Assembly (NCBI GenBank): GCA_963700285.1
Contig: CAVOXA010000001.1
Location: 576,001 to 640,000, forward strand
DNA length: 64,000 nt
Reading direction: 5' to 3'
Source of the DNA: an uncultured Chloroflexia bacterium
GTDB lineage: Bacteria > Chloroflexota > Anaerolineae > JAAYZQ01
Below the pieces are notes generated by a model, which worked only from the letters and a program-made list of their open reading frames with translations, did no database searches and had not been told where the DNA came from. Of the stretch, positions 30,932 to 41,432 are shown in pieces. The position numbers and the translations under genes are program-made. Each line of letters begins with the position of its first letter. The first letter of the stretch is position 1.

Positions 30932-32197
30932 TCAGGGCATCGGGATCTCGTACACCCGCTCCATCATCGGCACCACAATCGGCCAGTCATACCCCGCCGC
31001 CGCAAATTCGCGGGCAACCTTTCCCATCTTCTCCCTGCGCTCCCGGTCCCCCAGCAGCGTCACCACCGCCGCCGCAAATTCCTCCGGCGTGTCGCCCAGC
31101 ACCAGCTCCCGCCCCGAGACCACCTCAAAGCCCTCGGCGCCCACCGTCGTCGACACGATCGCCTTGCCCATGGCCATCGCTTCCAGCACCTTGAGCCGCG
31201 TCCCGCCGCCCATCCGCAGCGGCACGACATATACCCCCGCCCCGGCGATATAGGGCCGCACGTCCTCAACCCAGCCGGTGATCACGATGGCCGGATTCTC
31301 CGCCAGTGGCGCCAGCCGTGGGTGCGGGTCCTTGCCCACCACCCAAAACCGCGTCCCCGGCGCCTCCGCCAGGATCAGCGGCAGGATCTCCAGGGCAAAC
31401 CACAGCACCGCGTCCACGTTCGGCCGGAAATCCATCTTGGCCGTAAAGACCAGGTCCTCCTCCCGCGGCCCCTCGGCCAGCGGCGCAACCGGTTCCGTGC
31501 ACAGCGCCATGTCCACCCCGTTGGGCACCACCGCTGGCTCCAGCCCCGGCACCAGGTCCCGCAGCACCCCCGCATCCGTCTCCGACACGGCCACCACCCG
31601 GTCCGCCGTCTCGCACGCCCGCCGCTCGTAGCCCCGCAGCCGCTGCCACTGCACGAACGAATACGCCGCCGGGATCCAGCGCCCTGGCTGCCTGGCATCT
31701 GTCTCAAAAGCCCGCTGCTGCAGCACATACTCGGCATTGTGGTCGTCGAACACAAGTAGGGGCGACGGGACGTCGCCCTTCTTACCCTCACGCACCTCCG
31801 CCGCCTGAAACAGGTACTGCGCCAGCTCGATCCCCTCCACCTCCACGATATCTGGCCGTTCCCGCGCCATGGTCGCCGCCAGCCGCTCCTCAAACTCCGC
31901 CGAAGGTAGCCGCTGCGCCATATCCGGCAGCCGCGAAAACAGCATGCCCCGCAGCCGCTGCGCCGTGCTCCGCACCGGCGGCGCGACAACCTGGATGCTC
32001 GCGCACAGCCCGTCCAGCGGCGTCGACCCGCTCCCGGCCGGATCGCCAAAAGCCAGCAGGTGCACCTCGTGCCGCTGCGCCAGGCCCGCGATCAAATTGT
32101 AATTGCGCATCGTCGTTCCCTGGTGGGGGGGGTAAGGGAACTGGGGCGTCAGGATCAAGATCTTTTTCGAGGGAACAGCCACCCGCTCAGCCGCCAT
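30932..32197 (-). CDS. GT4 glycosyltransferase
   Basis: PYPPHQG, DDHNAEY, VVPNGVD and GGGTRLKVLEAMAMG motifs. Confidence 0.9.
   Translation of the reverse strand: MAAERVAVPSKKILILTPQFPYPPHQGTTMRNYNLIAGLAQRHEVHLLAFGDPAGSGSTPLDGLCASIQVVAPPVRSTAQRLRGMLFSRLPDMAQRLPSAEFEERLAATMARERPDIVEVEGIELAQYLFQAAEVREGKKGDVPSPLLVFDDHNAEYVLQQRAFETDARQPGRWIPAAYSFVQWQRLRGYERRACETADRVVAVSETDAGVLRDLVPGLEPAVVPNGVDMALCTEPVAPLAEGPREEDLVFTAKMDFRPNVDAVLWFALEILPLILAEAPGTRFWVVGKDPHPRLAPLAENPAIVITGWVEDVRPYIAGAGVYVVPLRMGGGTRLKVLEAMAMGKAIVSTTVGAEGFEVVSGRELVLGDTPEEFAAAVVTLLGDRERREKMGKVAREFAAAGYDWPIVVPMMERVYEIPMP
31756..31778 (+). repeat. GTAG-type REP element inside the glycosyltransferase gene
   Basis: GTAG followed by the perfect stem GGGCGACG-GGA-CGTCGCCC. 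Confidence 0.6.
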
Positions 32198-32252
32198 AGC
32201 TTCCCCTCATCTCCCGCTCTCCCCCTCTCTCCGTCTCCCACGCTGCCTTGCA

Positions 32253-33362
32253 CTACTTTTCATACACCTGCCGATAGATCTCCATCGTCTCCCGCGCCGC
32301 CCGCTCCCACGAAAAGCGCCCCGCCTGCACCAACCCCTTCTCCCGCATCTGCGTCCGCAGCGCGCTGTCATTCAGCACCCGCCACATCGACACCGTCAGC
32401 TCATCCGCGTCGTGCGGATCGATCAACTGCCCCGCGTCCCCCACCACCTCCGGCAGAGAAGCCACGTTCGACGCCACCACCGGCAGCCCGCACGCCATCG
32501 CCTCCAGCGGCGGTAGCCCAAACCCCTCGTAAAAAGCCGGATGCGCCAGCATCTCTGCCGCGTTGTAAAGGTAAAGCAGGTCCTCGCTCGACACCCGCCC
32601 CACAAAATGCACCCGGTCGTCCAGCTTTAGCTCGTCCACCACCGCAAAAGCATCCTCAAACAGCCAGCCCCTGCCCCCCGCCAGCACCAGCCGCACGTCC
32701 TCTTTGTAGCAGGTCACAAGCTGCCACAGCGCCCGCAGCAGCGTCGGCACATTTTTGCGCGGCTCGATGGTGCTCACAAACAGGATATACGGCCCATCCA
32801 CCCCATGCCGGTTGCGCACCTGTTCCTGCGCCTCCGCCTTGTCCAGCGGGCAGAAGATAGGGTTCGCCGCCTCGTGCACCACCGTGATCTTTTCCTCAGG
32901 TACCCCCAGGTGCTGGATCGTATCCCGCTTTGTGCTCTCCGAGACCGAGATAATATGGTCCGTCCAGCGCACAGCCTGGTCGATATGGCCGTAATACCGC
33001 GCGCTCTCCTTCGTCAAAAAGTGCGGGTACAACAAAAAGGCCAGGTCGTGCACCGTGATCACCGACTTGCACGTCGGGCGGTGGGGGGGGATAAAATCTG
33101 GGCTGTGCAGCACATCCAGCCCCAAACGCATCAGCTCCACATTCAGCGAATACCGCTCCAGCCGGTGGTGGCTCGGCGTCCACAGCGAAACCCGCTTGAA
33201 ATTCGGCCGCTCCAAAATCGTCGTGTCGTCCTTGCGGCTCTGCAAAAGGACATAATCATTCTCGCCGTCAACCTTGGCCAGACCATCCACCAGGTGGAGG
33301 ATATACTGGCCGATCCCCGCTTGGCTGTAATACACCAACCGGGCGTCAATTCCAACACGCAT
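32253..33362 (-). CDS. GT4 glycosyltransferase
   Basis: MRVGIDAR, TVHDL, EPRKN and YEGFGLPPLEAMACG motifs. Confidence 0.92.
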   Translation of the reverse strand: MRVGIDARLVYYSQAGIGQYILHLVDGLAKVDGENDYVLLQSRKDDTTILERPNFKRVSLWTPSHHRLERYSLNVELMRLGLDVLHSPDFIPPHRPTCKSVITVHDLAFLLYPHFLTKESARYYGHIDQAVRWTDHIISVSESTKRDTIQHLGVPEEKITVVHEAANPIFCPLDKAEAQEQVRNRHGVDGPYILFVSTIEPRKNVPTLLRALWQLVTCYKEDVRLVLAGGRGWLFEDAFAVVDELKLDDRVHFVGRVSSEDLLYLYNAAEMLAHPAFYEGFGLPPLEAMACGLPVVASNVASLPEVVGDAGQLIDPHDADELTVSMWRVLNDSALRTQMREKGLVQAGRFSWERAARETMEIYRQVYEK

Positions 33363-33492
33363 AGCTGCTCCGCTCTGGGGTGACGTAACAAAACGCCCCC
33401 CCCTTTGGGTGGTTCCAGGTGGAAGGCGTCACTGACCCACTGTCGCCAGCCATCATACCATCATTGCCCAGACCCGTCAAATCCCAAAGCCG

Positions 33493-34011
33493 CTAGGCAG
33501 CTCCTGCCTGGCAACCATCCCCAGGCAGCCCGCCCCCACGCCTCGGGCGGCGGGAACCCGACAAACAGGCCCGTCTCCCCCTCTCCCCTCTCTCCAACTC
33601 CCGCTCTCGCGCCCGAAAGATCAGCGCGTCCAAAATCTCCATCTTGTGCGCCAGCCCCGCGATCGCCACGTCCATCCCCACGTCGCCCGGCTCCAGCGGG
33701 TGCACGTCCATCGACCGTTCTCGGATGCCCAGGCTGTTGCCCGAGCCCATCCCCACCCCGCCCTGCCGCACGTACTCCTCGGGGCTCACCCGCCTCAGGT
33801 ACTCAAACCCCTCGTTCTCCTCCTTGGCCCGGAACCCGTGCCGCGGCGCCCCCTTCCGGCTCGCATTCCTCGTTCCCGTATGCGACCGGCACAACTGCTC
33901 GTCCGAGCCGTTCATCTCCGTTTGTGTGCGTCGCGTCCCGTTGGCCAGGATCGCCACACAGCGGCGCCTGCCCCTTCCTGACGAACCCATACGACTCCTT
34001 TCTCCGCTCAT
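33493..34011 (-). CDS. Hypothetical protein with degenerate C...LCxxH Zn-finger-like N-terminus
   Basis: RRCVAILANGTR...GSDEQLCRSH...GAPRHGF. The C-terminus runs into a GA-rich repeat. Confidence 0.45.
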   Translation of the reverse strand: MSGERSRMGSSGRGRRRCVAILANGTRRTQTEMNGSDEQLCRSHTGTRNASRKGAPRHGFRAKEENEGFEYLRRVSPEEYVRQGGVGMGSGNSLGIRERSMDVHPLEPGDVGMDVAIAGLAHKMEILDALIFRARERELERGERGRRACLSGSRRPRRGGGLPGDGCQAGAA

Positions 34012-34169
34012 GAGCTTATCGCCAAAAGTATACCACGAACTCTTGTACGCACCTAGCAAAGTCCGTATGGCAGCCATGCTATGGCCCTATGTTGTCATTA
34101 TACAAAATATATGATACAATGACGTCTCGATTTCGGATGGCCCCATTCTATCGGAGACAGGCAGGAGAA

Positions 34170-34349
34170 ATGACACAGACCCAGATGGTCAAATACCAGC
34201 TACGTCTCGAACGTGAATTGCTAGAGGAAGCAAAAGCCAAGGCCGCCGGGCAGGACGTCACGGTGGCGCAGGTGTTGCGCTGGTCGCTGCGGCGGTACGT
34301 GCGGGGGGAGATGGAAATGATCCGGGGAAGGGGAGATCACGAGGAATAG
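34170..34349 (+). CDS. Small ribbon-helix-helix (CopG-like) protein
   Basis: GGAG RBS. MVKYQLRLERELLEEAKAKA....VTVAQVLRWSLRRYV has the beta-strand plus two helices pattern. Confidence 0.65.
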   Translation: MTQTQMVKYQLRLERELLEEAKAKAAGQDVTVAQVLRWSLRRYVRGEMEMIRGRGDHEE

Positions 34350-34352
34350 AAA

Positions 34353-34388
34353 AAGACCCTTGGGGTTTTCCGAAACCCGAAGGGTCTT
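34353..34388. repeat. REP-like palindrome / possible terminator
   Basis: AAGACCCTT(G)GGGTTT...AAACCC(G)AAGGGTCTT between convergent genes. Confidence 0.65.
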
Positions 34389-34404
34389 GGTAGCGGCGAG
34401 TCAG

Positions 34405-35193
34405 TCACACTGTACCCAGGTCCGGCACCTTGCGGTCCCAACACACCTTTCGTGCAAATCGAGGCTTCTTCTCCTGGATCTGACACGGTGGTTGCTCATC
34501 GCAAGAGTCTGGTACCATCCCAGTACACGCAAGTTCAAACCAAGAAGGTTTGATCCGTGCATTGGCGGCCTGAACCCCAATCAGGAGATAGTAGGTGCCT
34601 TTTTGCAGCACCGGGTCCGTTCCTGGTGATGGACAATCTTCAGGCCAGTTCGTCAAAGTCATTGGTGAAGGGATTACCACTCGCAACTCCAAAGGGGCTG
34701 TGCCTTTATTCTTGACCTGTGCTATGTCTAGATACTCAAAATCATCACCACCTTGAATGATGACAGGACTGAAACCAGTACACTTGTCCTGTCTAGCCCA
34801 GAAGAGAGTGAGCGGATCAAATTTCTTCAACCGTTTACCTCGATCAGGCCAAACCCCGAATAGTCTACCGACGCAATCCTTTGCAGGCGTCATACCATAG
34901 TTCCCGATCTTCAGTCGAATGAACCAACTGGGTATATCACTTTGGATGACGGGAGGAGAACATCGGACCTTATCGATGTACAGGACCAGGCGCGGCCTTT
35001 CCAGAAATGGTCTAATCGAAGCAAGATAGGCAACCAAAGTAGCTACAGCCAAACTGAAAACGGCAACGGGATCTTGTCCTGTGCCCACTCCCCAAACTAC
35101 TATGCCTATCACAAGCAAAGGCACAACCACGATGCTGATGATCTGCTCAGCCCACGAACACAAGCATGTCCGTTGTTCCAGAGTTTCTGGCAT
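34405..35193 (-). CDS. Hypothetical membrane protein (two N-terminal TM helices), visibly lower GC
   Basis: Open frame of about 260 aa with two hydrophobic segments, AT-richer than the flanks. Confidence 0.6.
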   Translation of the reverse strand: MPETLEQRTCLCSWAEQIISIVVVPLLVIGIVVWGVGTGQDPVAVFSLAVATLVAYLASIRPFLERPRLVLYIDKVRCSPPVIQSDIPSWFIRLKIGNYGMTPAKDCVGRLFGVWPDRGKRLKKFDPLTLFWARQDKCTGFSPVIIQGGDDFEYLDIAQVKNKGTAPLELRVVIPSPMTLTNWPEDCPSPGTDPVLQKGTYYLLIGVQAANARIKPSWFELACTGMVPDSCDEQPPCQIQEKKPRFARKVCWDRKVPDLGTV

Positions 35194-35295
35194 CTCTACC
35201 CTCCACCTCCCAGAGCACAATCACTGGATTGTCCAGCGTCCAGTACACGACACGGACAGGCTATAGGCCCTGCCAACCTGGGCAAGCTGCGTCAA

Positions 35296-38200
35296 TCATC
35301 CCGCCCCCTCCACAATCCCAATCTCCTCCGCCGTCAGCTCATACAACTCATACACCAATCGGTCGATCTGCCGGTCCGTAGCCTCAATCTGCCGGTCCAA
35401 CAGCGCCTTGTCTCCCGGCACAGTCGCCACCGCCAGCCTCTTGTGCAGCTCCAGCATGCGTTCGACGAGTGCAACCATCTGGTCGTGTCGGGCGACGTCG
35501 GTCGGGCTGCCAAAGTTGATCATACGGATGGGAAGCTGTTCTATGAACTTGGTCCAGAAGCGCACGTAGCCGCCCCTCAAGGTCGTGCCGATGTGGAGCA
35601 GATATCGAAAGAGAAGAGGCGTATTGACCAAGCCGAGTATGTAGAGCGGAGACACAGAGGTCTCATCCCGTGTCAGAATGCCATAACCGGTCTTGTAGAA
35701 ATGTCCACTATCATCGTAAGTGAATGACGCCCTGTTGTTATAATCAGGGACAACCAGCTTGGGGCGCTGAAATAGAGTCATGCTTTTGGGATAGCCAAAC
35801 GCGAACCAGTTGCTGCCTTTGAATTTGCCTCTCTCACGAGCTGCCAAAGCTCCCTTGTGCTGCCTCAGATAAGAGTAGCTTAGTGGGTACTGGCTCGAAA
35901 GCTCTTGTTCAGAGACAAGGCGGCAGTCATCCTGGCTGATGACGTACGGGCAGATAAGAAAAGCTTGAGCCTCAAGGGGCTCGTATCGCCGAATGTCCTT
36001 TCCGCGCAGGAAAGGCACTACAATACCTGCCTCGATCTTTACCTCATGCCCTGAAGCCTTGCTCGTCCCCACAATGAGATTCTGCTGCAACTGGCAGTTC
36101 TCCAGAACAAAGACCTGATCGGCGCTCGTCTGCGTTCCCACAAAAATATGTGCAAGATCACCAAGGCTGACCGGCATTGCGCTCAGTCGGTGAAGGAGTG
36201 GCTTTTCTGGCCCAACCACAAAATGCCACTCCGGGGAAGTCGCCTCTTGGGCGCTGACTTCCCCGTCAATAGCCTCACCGCTGGACCTCCAGGCATCCAA
36301 GTCCTCTGCCAAGAAAAAGTGGAATTGCTGTTGGCGCTTCCTCTGCAAAAAGAGCAGACAAGTATAGGTGGTCGCGAGGTCAAACACCTGTTGGTCGCCA
36401 AAATGGACGATCTCTGCCAGGTGGCCGCCGTCAGCGATGAGCTTGCGCAGCGGCTCGCCGTACTCTGCCTGGAAGAACTTGTGAGGCAGGATGTACCCCA
36501 TCCGTCCCTGCTCGTTCAGCAGTTGGAGCGCCCTCTCCACAAAAACTACATAGATGTCATAGTTGCCCTTGCTTGCCGCCACATAGCACTGTTTATAGAG
36601 CTCAACCTCCGTCGGCGCCCACTCTTTCATCCTCTGGATTCTGATATACGGCGGATTGCCAATTACACAGTCAAAGCCACCCGCTGCCATTGGCTCGGGA
36701 AACTCGGACTGCCAATCGAAGGGATTGATCCGCCGCACCTCCTCCTGGTCCGGCACAAGCTGCCCCTCAAAATAGTCCCACCCAATCAACGAATTCCCAC
36801 ACTTGATATTCTCTCCCAGATCCGGCAGCGCCCGCTCCCGCCAGAGACTGAGCTGCTGCCCCAGCGTCTCCTCCGTCTCCCCCTCCAGCACCTTCAGCAG
36901 CAGGCTCAGCTTTGTCACCTCCACCGCCTGCCGGTCCAGGTCCACCCCATAGATGTGGTCCAGCAGGATCCGCTTCTTCTCCCCCGTCGTCAGCCGCCAG
37001 TCGCCCGCCCGGCCCCTGGTAGACCGCCGGCTCCTTGCCCGCCGCGTGCTTCGCCGGGTCGTTCGCCTCGTACCAGCTCCGGTAGTGGTCCAGCAGGAAC
37101 TGGTACGCCCCCAGCAGGAACGACCCCGACCCGCACGCCGGGTCCAGCACCCGCAGCGGCGGCTTGCCCCGCGTCCCCCGCAACTGCCGCGGCGACTTGC
37201 CCTCCACCAGCACCCCCACCGTCTGCGCCACGATATAGTCCACGATGTACGAGGGCGTGTAATAGACGCCCCCCGCCTTCTTGACCTCCGGCTTTTCCTC
37301 GACCACGGCCCGGTGCGCGGGCGTCAGCCGGATCACCTTGCCCAGGAACTGCTCGTACACCTGGCCCAGGACCTCCACCGGCAGCACCGAGAACTCGTAT
37401 GGGCTCTGCGGGTAGTACAGGCAGCCCAGGATCGGCTTCAGCACCTTGTCGTCGATGCGTCAGTCCCCGCGTCAGCGTATCCGCCCGAAAGTCAAACAGC
37501 CCCGAGTTGTACTTCTCATCCGCCTGGCGGTACAGATCCCCCATCCGCTCATAGATCCGCCCCCCGTTCGTCAGCGCCAGCAGCCGCCCGTAGGCCTCGA
37601 TCCCCCGGTCCTCCGCCATCCGCAAAAAGATGATCCGGTCGATCGTCCGCTGCACCGCAAAATTCAGCTCCTGCACCGTCAGCGCCGGGTTCCGCAGCGC
37701 CAGGTTCCGCGCCAGCGCATCCCGCCAGCCCTCGATCTCTTTCAGGAACTCGGCGTCCACCTCGCTCGTGCCCCGCTTGCCCTTCGTATCCTCCACGTAG
37801 CGGTCGAACGACCCTTTGAGCACCGATTCCCTGGCGAATACGTCGTATACCTCGTCAAAGTGTTGCAGGTACTCGTCGAAGGTCAGGTACAGGATGCGGG
37901 CGGCCGCCGACTTGTCCGCCGGCTTGGGCCGTATCCGGCAGTCATAGACCGCAAACTCTTCGAAATCGGTCAGAATGCTCAGCGGCAGCTTGGCGCTCCA
38001 CGCGTACCGCCGCAACTGGTACGCCGGACCCACGTCCCCGTGCACCGAGATCGCCGGCTTTTTCGCCTCCACGAAAAACTTGCGCACCCCGCCCACCCGG
38101 AAGCAATAATCCGGCGCCCGCGCCGCACCCGCCACCGTCAGCGCGTCCTCGTGCACCACGTCCTTATACTGCTCCGCGTACCCCTTCACATTCCGCACAT

Positions 38201-38336
38201 CCCAGCCCAGCGCCTCAAAAAACGGGTCAATAAACTCAACCCGCGCCCGAGCCTCCTTATAATCCGGCCGCGTATAAACATCCCGATTACGTTGGAACCG
38301 TTCGACCAAATCCACAACTTGGGAGGGTACACTCAT
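35296..38336 (-). CDS. Fused restriction endonuclease-N6-adenine methyltransferase-TRD (Type IIG/Eco57I-like); frameshifts at about 37450 and 37010
   Basis: N-terminal FIDPFFEALGWD...PDY...FVEAKKP nuclease. GGVYYTP, LDPACGSGSFL and GNPPY methyltransferase motifs. TaqI_C-like TRD and DRQIDRLVYELY C-terminus. Confidence 0.88.
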
Positions 38337-38382
38337 CTTTCCATCCTTGCCTGAGCCTTGTGCTATGCTGCGTCGACTTGTC

Positions 38383-39219
38383 TTAGCGGCTCACCAACAC
38401 GACTACTTTGATTTTTTCTCTTGGCCCTGACAGGTCCTGCTCCAGCGCTCTGGGATTGTCGAGCAAATGGTCGGGATCATATACCATGCAGACCAACGTG
38501 TGGAATCCGGGGTATTCCGAGTATCGCTCTATATCGACAATCAATTGGTCCCCAACCTGGTGGTCAAGCAAGTTCTCTCTTGTCATCTTGGCCTCAACAA
38601 TGATGCTCTCCTGCTTCAGTAAGAAGTCCATTCGTGCATTGCTACCGGCATAGGCAGGAGTCCATACCTCCTTGCCGACATTGTCAAACTTCAGCCGGAA
38701 CAGAGCAAGCAGGAGATACTGCAGATCGTATTCATCTTTGATCTGTAAAGGTGGCCTTGCCCTTTCTCTACTTCTCAATTGCCGAGCAAAGATCGGAAAT
38801 CGTCTACAGATGAAAACGACCCGCTCCAACGCGCCTGCGACTTGCTGAGACGGGCCAAGTGCCAAGATCCCGTCAAGAAAACTGAGGATTCTCTGCCTCA
38901 CGTGTTCTGCTTTTTCGTTGTCCACCTGCCAGAGGCGTTGTTGTTCCCCCGCAGATATCGTGAAACCTGGGCCCATGAACATAATGCCGGCCTCACTCGG
39001 TCTGGAGCAGACTGCCTGGAAGTCTGCATAGAAGTCAGGCCAGCCACTACGAATTGTTGGTGTTGCTTTGGCAATCCAAGACTCAATCCTCGTCCAGGTT
39101 TTCTCGGGAAAGGACGGTGTGGACATCTGAGCAAGCTCTTCTCTCAGGAGGGCCAGTCGGCGGACAGGACCTTCGCTGATAGCTACCTTTGGCATTGATG
39201 CAACCGTATTCAGGGGCAC
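38383..39219 (-). CDS. PD-(D/E)xK nuclease-domain protein (DpnII/MboI-like REase domain)
   Basis: C-terminal DEYDLQ...TP.YAG...RMDFLL....IIVEAK...QLIVDIERY...VYDP. Lower GC than flanks. Confidence 0.75.
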   Translation of the reverse strand: MPLNTVASMPKVAISEGPVRRLALLREELAQMSTPSFPEKTWTRIESWIAKATPTIRSGWPDFYADFQAVCSRPSEAGIMFMGPGFTISAGEQQRLWQVDNEKAEHVRQRILSFLDGILALGPSQQVAGALERVVFICRRFPIFARQLRSRERARPPLQIKDEYDLQYLLLALFRLKFDNVGKEVWTPAYAGSNARMDFLLKQESIIVEAKMTRENLLDHQVGDQLIVDIERYSEYPGFHTLVCMVYDPDHLLDNPRALEQDLSGPREKIKVVVLVSR

Positions 39220-39785
39220 GGATTGGCTCTCAAAATCAAACCAATCATGTAAGAATCCGGCAGTCCTGCTGCCCCGGACTCTATTGATGCCCTAGCTGCG
39301 CCTTGGCGTCCGTGAAGCACGAGGATTGCCGCCTCGAACCACGCAAGAGGTCCGAAGCCTTTTCCCTCGGTGGTCATTTACCAGTATACCACCTTCGCTC
39401 GGAAAAAGCAAAGGCCGGTTATGGAAAACCGGCCTACCTGCTCTGGGAATAGGACAGCGGATCAAGAGGATCCACCGGATCAGACGCCACCGATTCGTTG
39501 AATCCTCCAAATTCGTTGTCATATTGCCGGCCGCAAAGAAAGCATTGCTCGCGTCCATTGGATCAAACCCGGCAAAGGCCGAAAAGCAGTACAGGAACGC
39601 CACGATGCGCCCCTGAACATGGCCGGTAGATAGAGACGACAGCAGGCAGCCGAGCGTACGACACCCAGGGCGTCCAGGGCACCCTAGCCCCAGACACGGT
39701 TGAGCGGCCCTGCGCTCGTCACAGCCCGATTCCTATTACCAGTTGCCAGCAGCCTCACCCGCCAAGTTCTAGTCTACATAACAAC

Positions 39786-39853
39786 AGAGACGCGGAGGAC
39801 ACCGAGTCTTTTCAAGCCTTTCTCCGTGTCCTCCGCGTCTCCGCGGTAAACCC
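39786..39853. repeat. Hairpin of 8-9-nt CTCCG(T/C)GTC units (copy 1 of the 32-bp direct repeat at 39822-39853)
   Basis: AGAGACGCGGAGGACACCGAG is inverted against CTCCGTGTCCTCCGCGTCTCC. Confidence 0.75.
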
Positions 39854-39881
39854 CTACCTGCCGGCCGGCGCCTGCTGCCAC

Positions 39882-40442
39882 CTACACCCGCGCCTCCATG
39901 TTCAGCATCTCCTGCTTCATGTGCACCCCGCCCCCAAACCCCGTCAGCCGCCCGTCGTGGCCCACCACCCGGTGGCAGGGCACCACCACCGGCCACGGGT
40001 TCCGCGCCATCGCCTGGCCCACCGCACGCGCCGCCCCCACCGAGCGGCCCGCCTCCCGCGCCACCTGCCCGTACGTCCGCGTCTGGCCCCGTGGGATAGC
40101 CCGCGTGATCGCCCACACCCGCTGCTGAAACGCCGTGCCGATAGACGGGTCCAGCGGTTCCTCAAAGGCCACCGCCTCCCCCTCAAAATAGCGCCGCATC
40201 TTATCCGCCAGCGCCGCCACATCCAGCCCCGCTACAGCCGCTGGTTCGCTGGCTCCTGCCGCCGGCAGCCCGCTCGCAGCCTCCGCCTCCGTCCCCTTGG
40301 GCAGCGTCGTCCCCACCAGCCCCTGCCCCGACCAGGCCAAACCCACCCAGCCAAAAGCCGTCTCCACCAGCGTCGTCCCGACTTCATTCCCGCTGTCTTG
40401 GTTCGTGGTGTGCTCCTGACTTTCGATTGCATCTTCCTTCAT
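39882..40442 (-). CDS. ogt: Methylated-DNA-protein-cysteine S-methyltransferase
   Basis: GTAFQQRVW, IPRGQTRTYG, ARAVGQA...NP...VPCHRVV motifs. Confidence 0.92.
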   Translation of the reverse strand: MKEDAIESQEHTTNQDSGNEVGTTLVETAFGWVGLAWSGQGLVGTTLPKGTEAEAASGLPAAGASEPAAVAGLDVAALADKMRRYFEGEAVAFEEPLDPSIGTAFQQRVWAITRAIPRGQTRTYGQVAREAGRSVGAARAVGQAMARNPWPVVVPCHRVVGHDGRLTGFGGGVHMKQEMLNMEARV

Positions 40443-41257
40443 CGCAGCCCTTGCCCGCAGAGCACGCCATTGGCCCACGCCGCCTCGTTGTCCTGCAACG
40501 CCGGCTTGGGTGGCTGGCCATAGTTGATGCTCAGATCGTAGGCTGCCTCGTCATAGATGGTGCCCAAAGCGGAGCCCAGTTCCAGGGAAACATCTTTGTC
40601 AGGGGCCAGCAGCGGCACTGGCAGCACCGGTAGCGGCTCGCGCAGGTCCAGGGGCCAGACCTCTACCTTCCGGCCCCGGTCGTACCGCGTCAGAAAACAG
40701 AAATAGGCGGCCTCCTCGACCCGCGGGCGATCCTTCTCCTCTACCCGGTCCAGCAGCACGGGGCGGCGGCCTGTTCGCAGCAGGTCAATCTCGAGGAGGT
40801 GGGCGGCAGACTCTATCACCAACCATCGCTTCTGCTGGTACTCGGCAAAGCCGTCGCCGTGCTTATTCACAGGAGAAAGGATCTCGATCGAGGTGACGAG
40901 CTGCTCATCTTGGCTGTCGCGGATCTCAACCGAGACCAACCTGATGCGCGGTGGAGCGCGTTGTTCGATGATCAGCGGCAGGAGAGTAGCCGGTGACGCT
41001 GTTGCCGCGTCGACCTCGTAGAGGGCAGCCACCTCACTGACCGGCTTGACCAGGGAAACATCCACATCGGGGTAGAGCACTCGACCCCGCTCCGTGTCAC
41101 CCAGGTCAGCCACGTACCGGGTGGATAGGCGGGCCACGTAGCGCGGGCGCAGTCTGGGCGTTAGCCAGCGGGCAACCTCACCTGCCAGCCGTTGGTGTAC
41201 ATCCGGCCACAGATGTCCTTCCAGCCATGGATCCATCCCCGGAAAAGGCGAAGGCAT
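40439..41257 (-). CDS. DUF4058 family protein (PD-(D/E)xK-like)
   Basis: MPSPFPGMDPWLE, PDV, IEILSPVNK, EIDLLR and LPVPLL.PD motifs. Confidence 0.85.
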   Translation of the reverse strand: MPSPFPGMDPWLEGHLWPDVHQRLAGEVARWLTPRLRPRYVARLSTRYVADLGDTERGRVLYPDVDVSLVKPVSEVAALYEVDAATASPATLLPLIIEQRAPPRIRLVSVEIRDSQDEQLVTSIEILSPVNKHGDGFAEYQQKRWLVIESAAHLLEIDLLRTGRRPVLLDRVEEKDRPRVEEAAYFCFLTRYDRGRKVEVWPLDLREPLPVLPVPLLAPDKDVSLELGSALGTIYDEAAYDLSINYGQPPKPALQDNEAAWANGVLCGQGLR

Positions 41258-41432
41258 GAGCCAATCCTCCCACCTGGCTGATACTTGCTAGCCATTCCAT
41301 CATCCGCGGCTCGCACAAACTGCCAACCACTGGCTACTGATTATAGCATGGCTGGCAAGCCACTGCAACCCCGGTAAACCCGTCGCCAAGGCAAATGCAT
41401 TTGGCTCAACACAGGTGCAACGCACCGCAACC

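Noticed and set aside
39292-39616. Short ORFs on both strands between the nuclease gene and ogt
   Set aside because: No recognisable motif or convincing RBS. Could be a remnant, but this cannot be supported.
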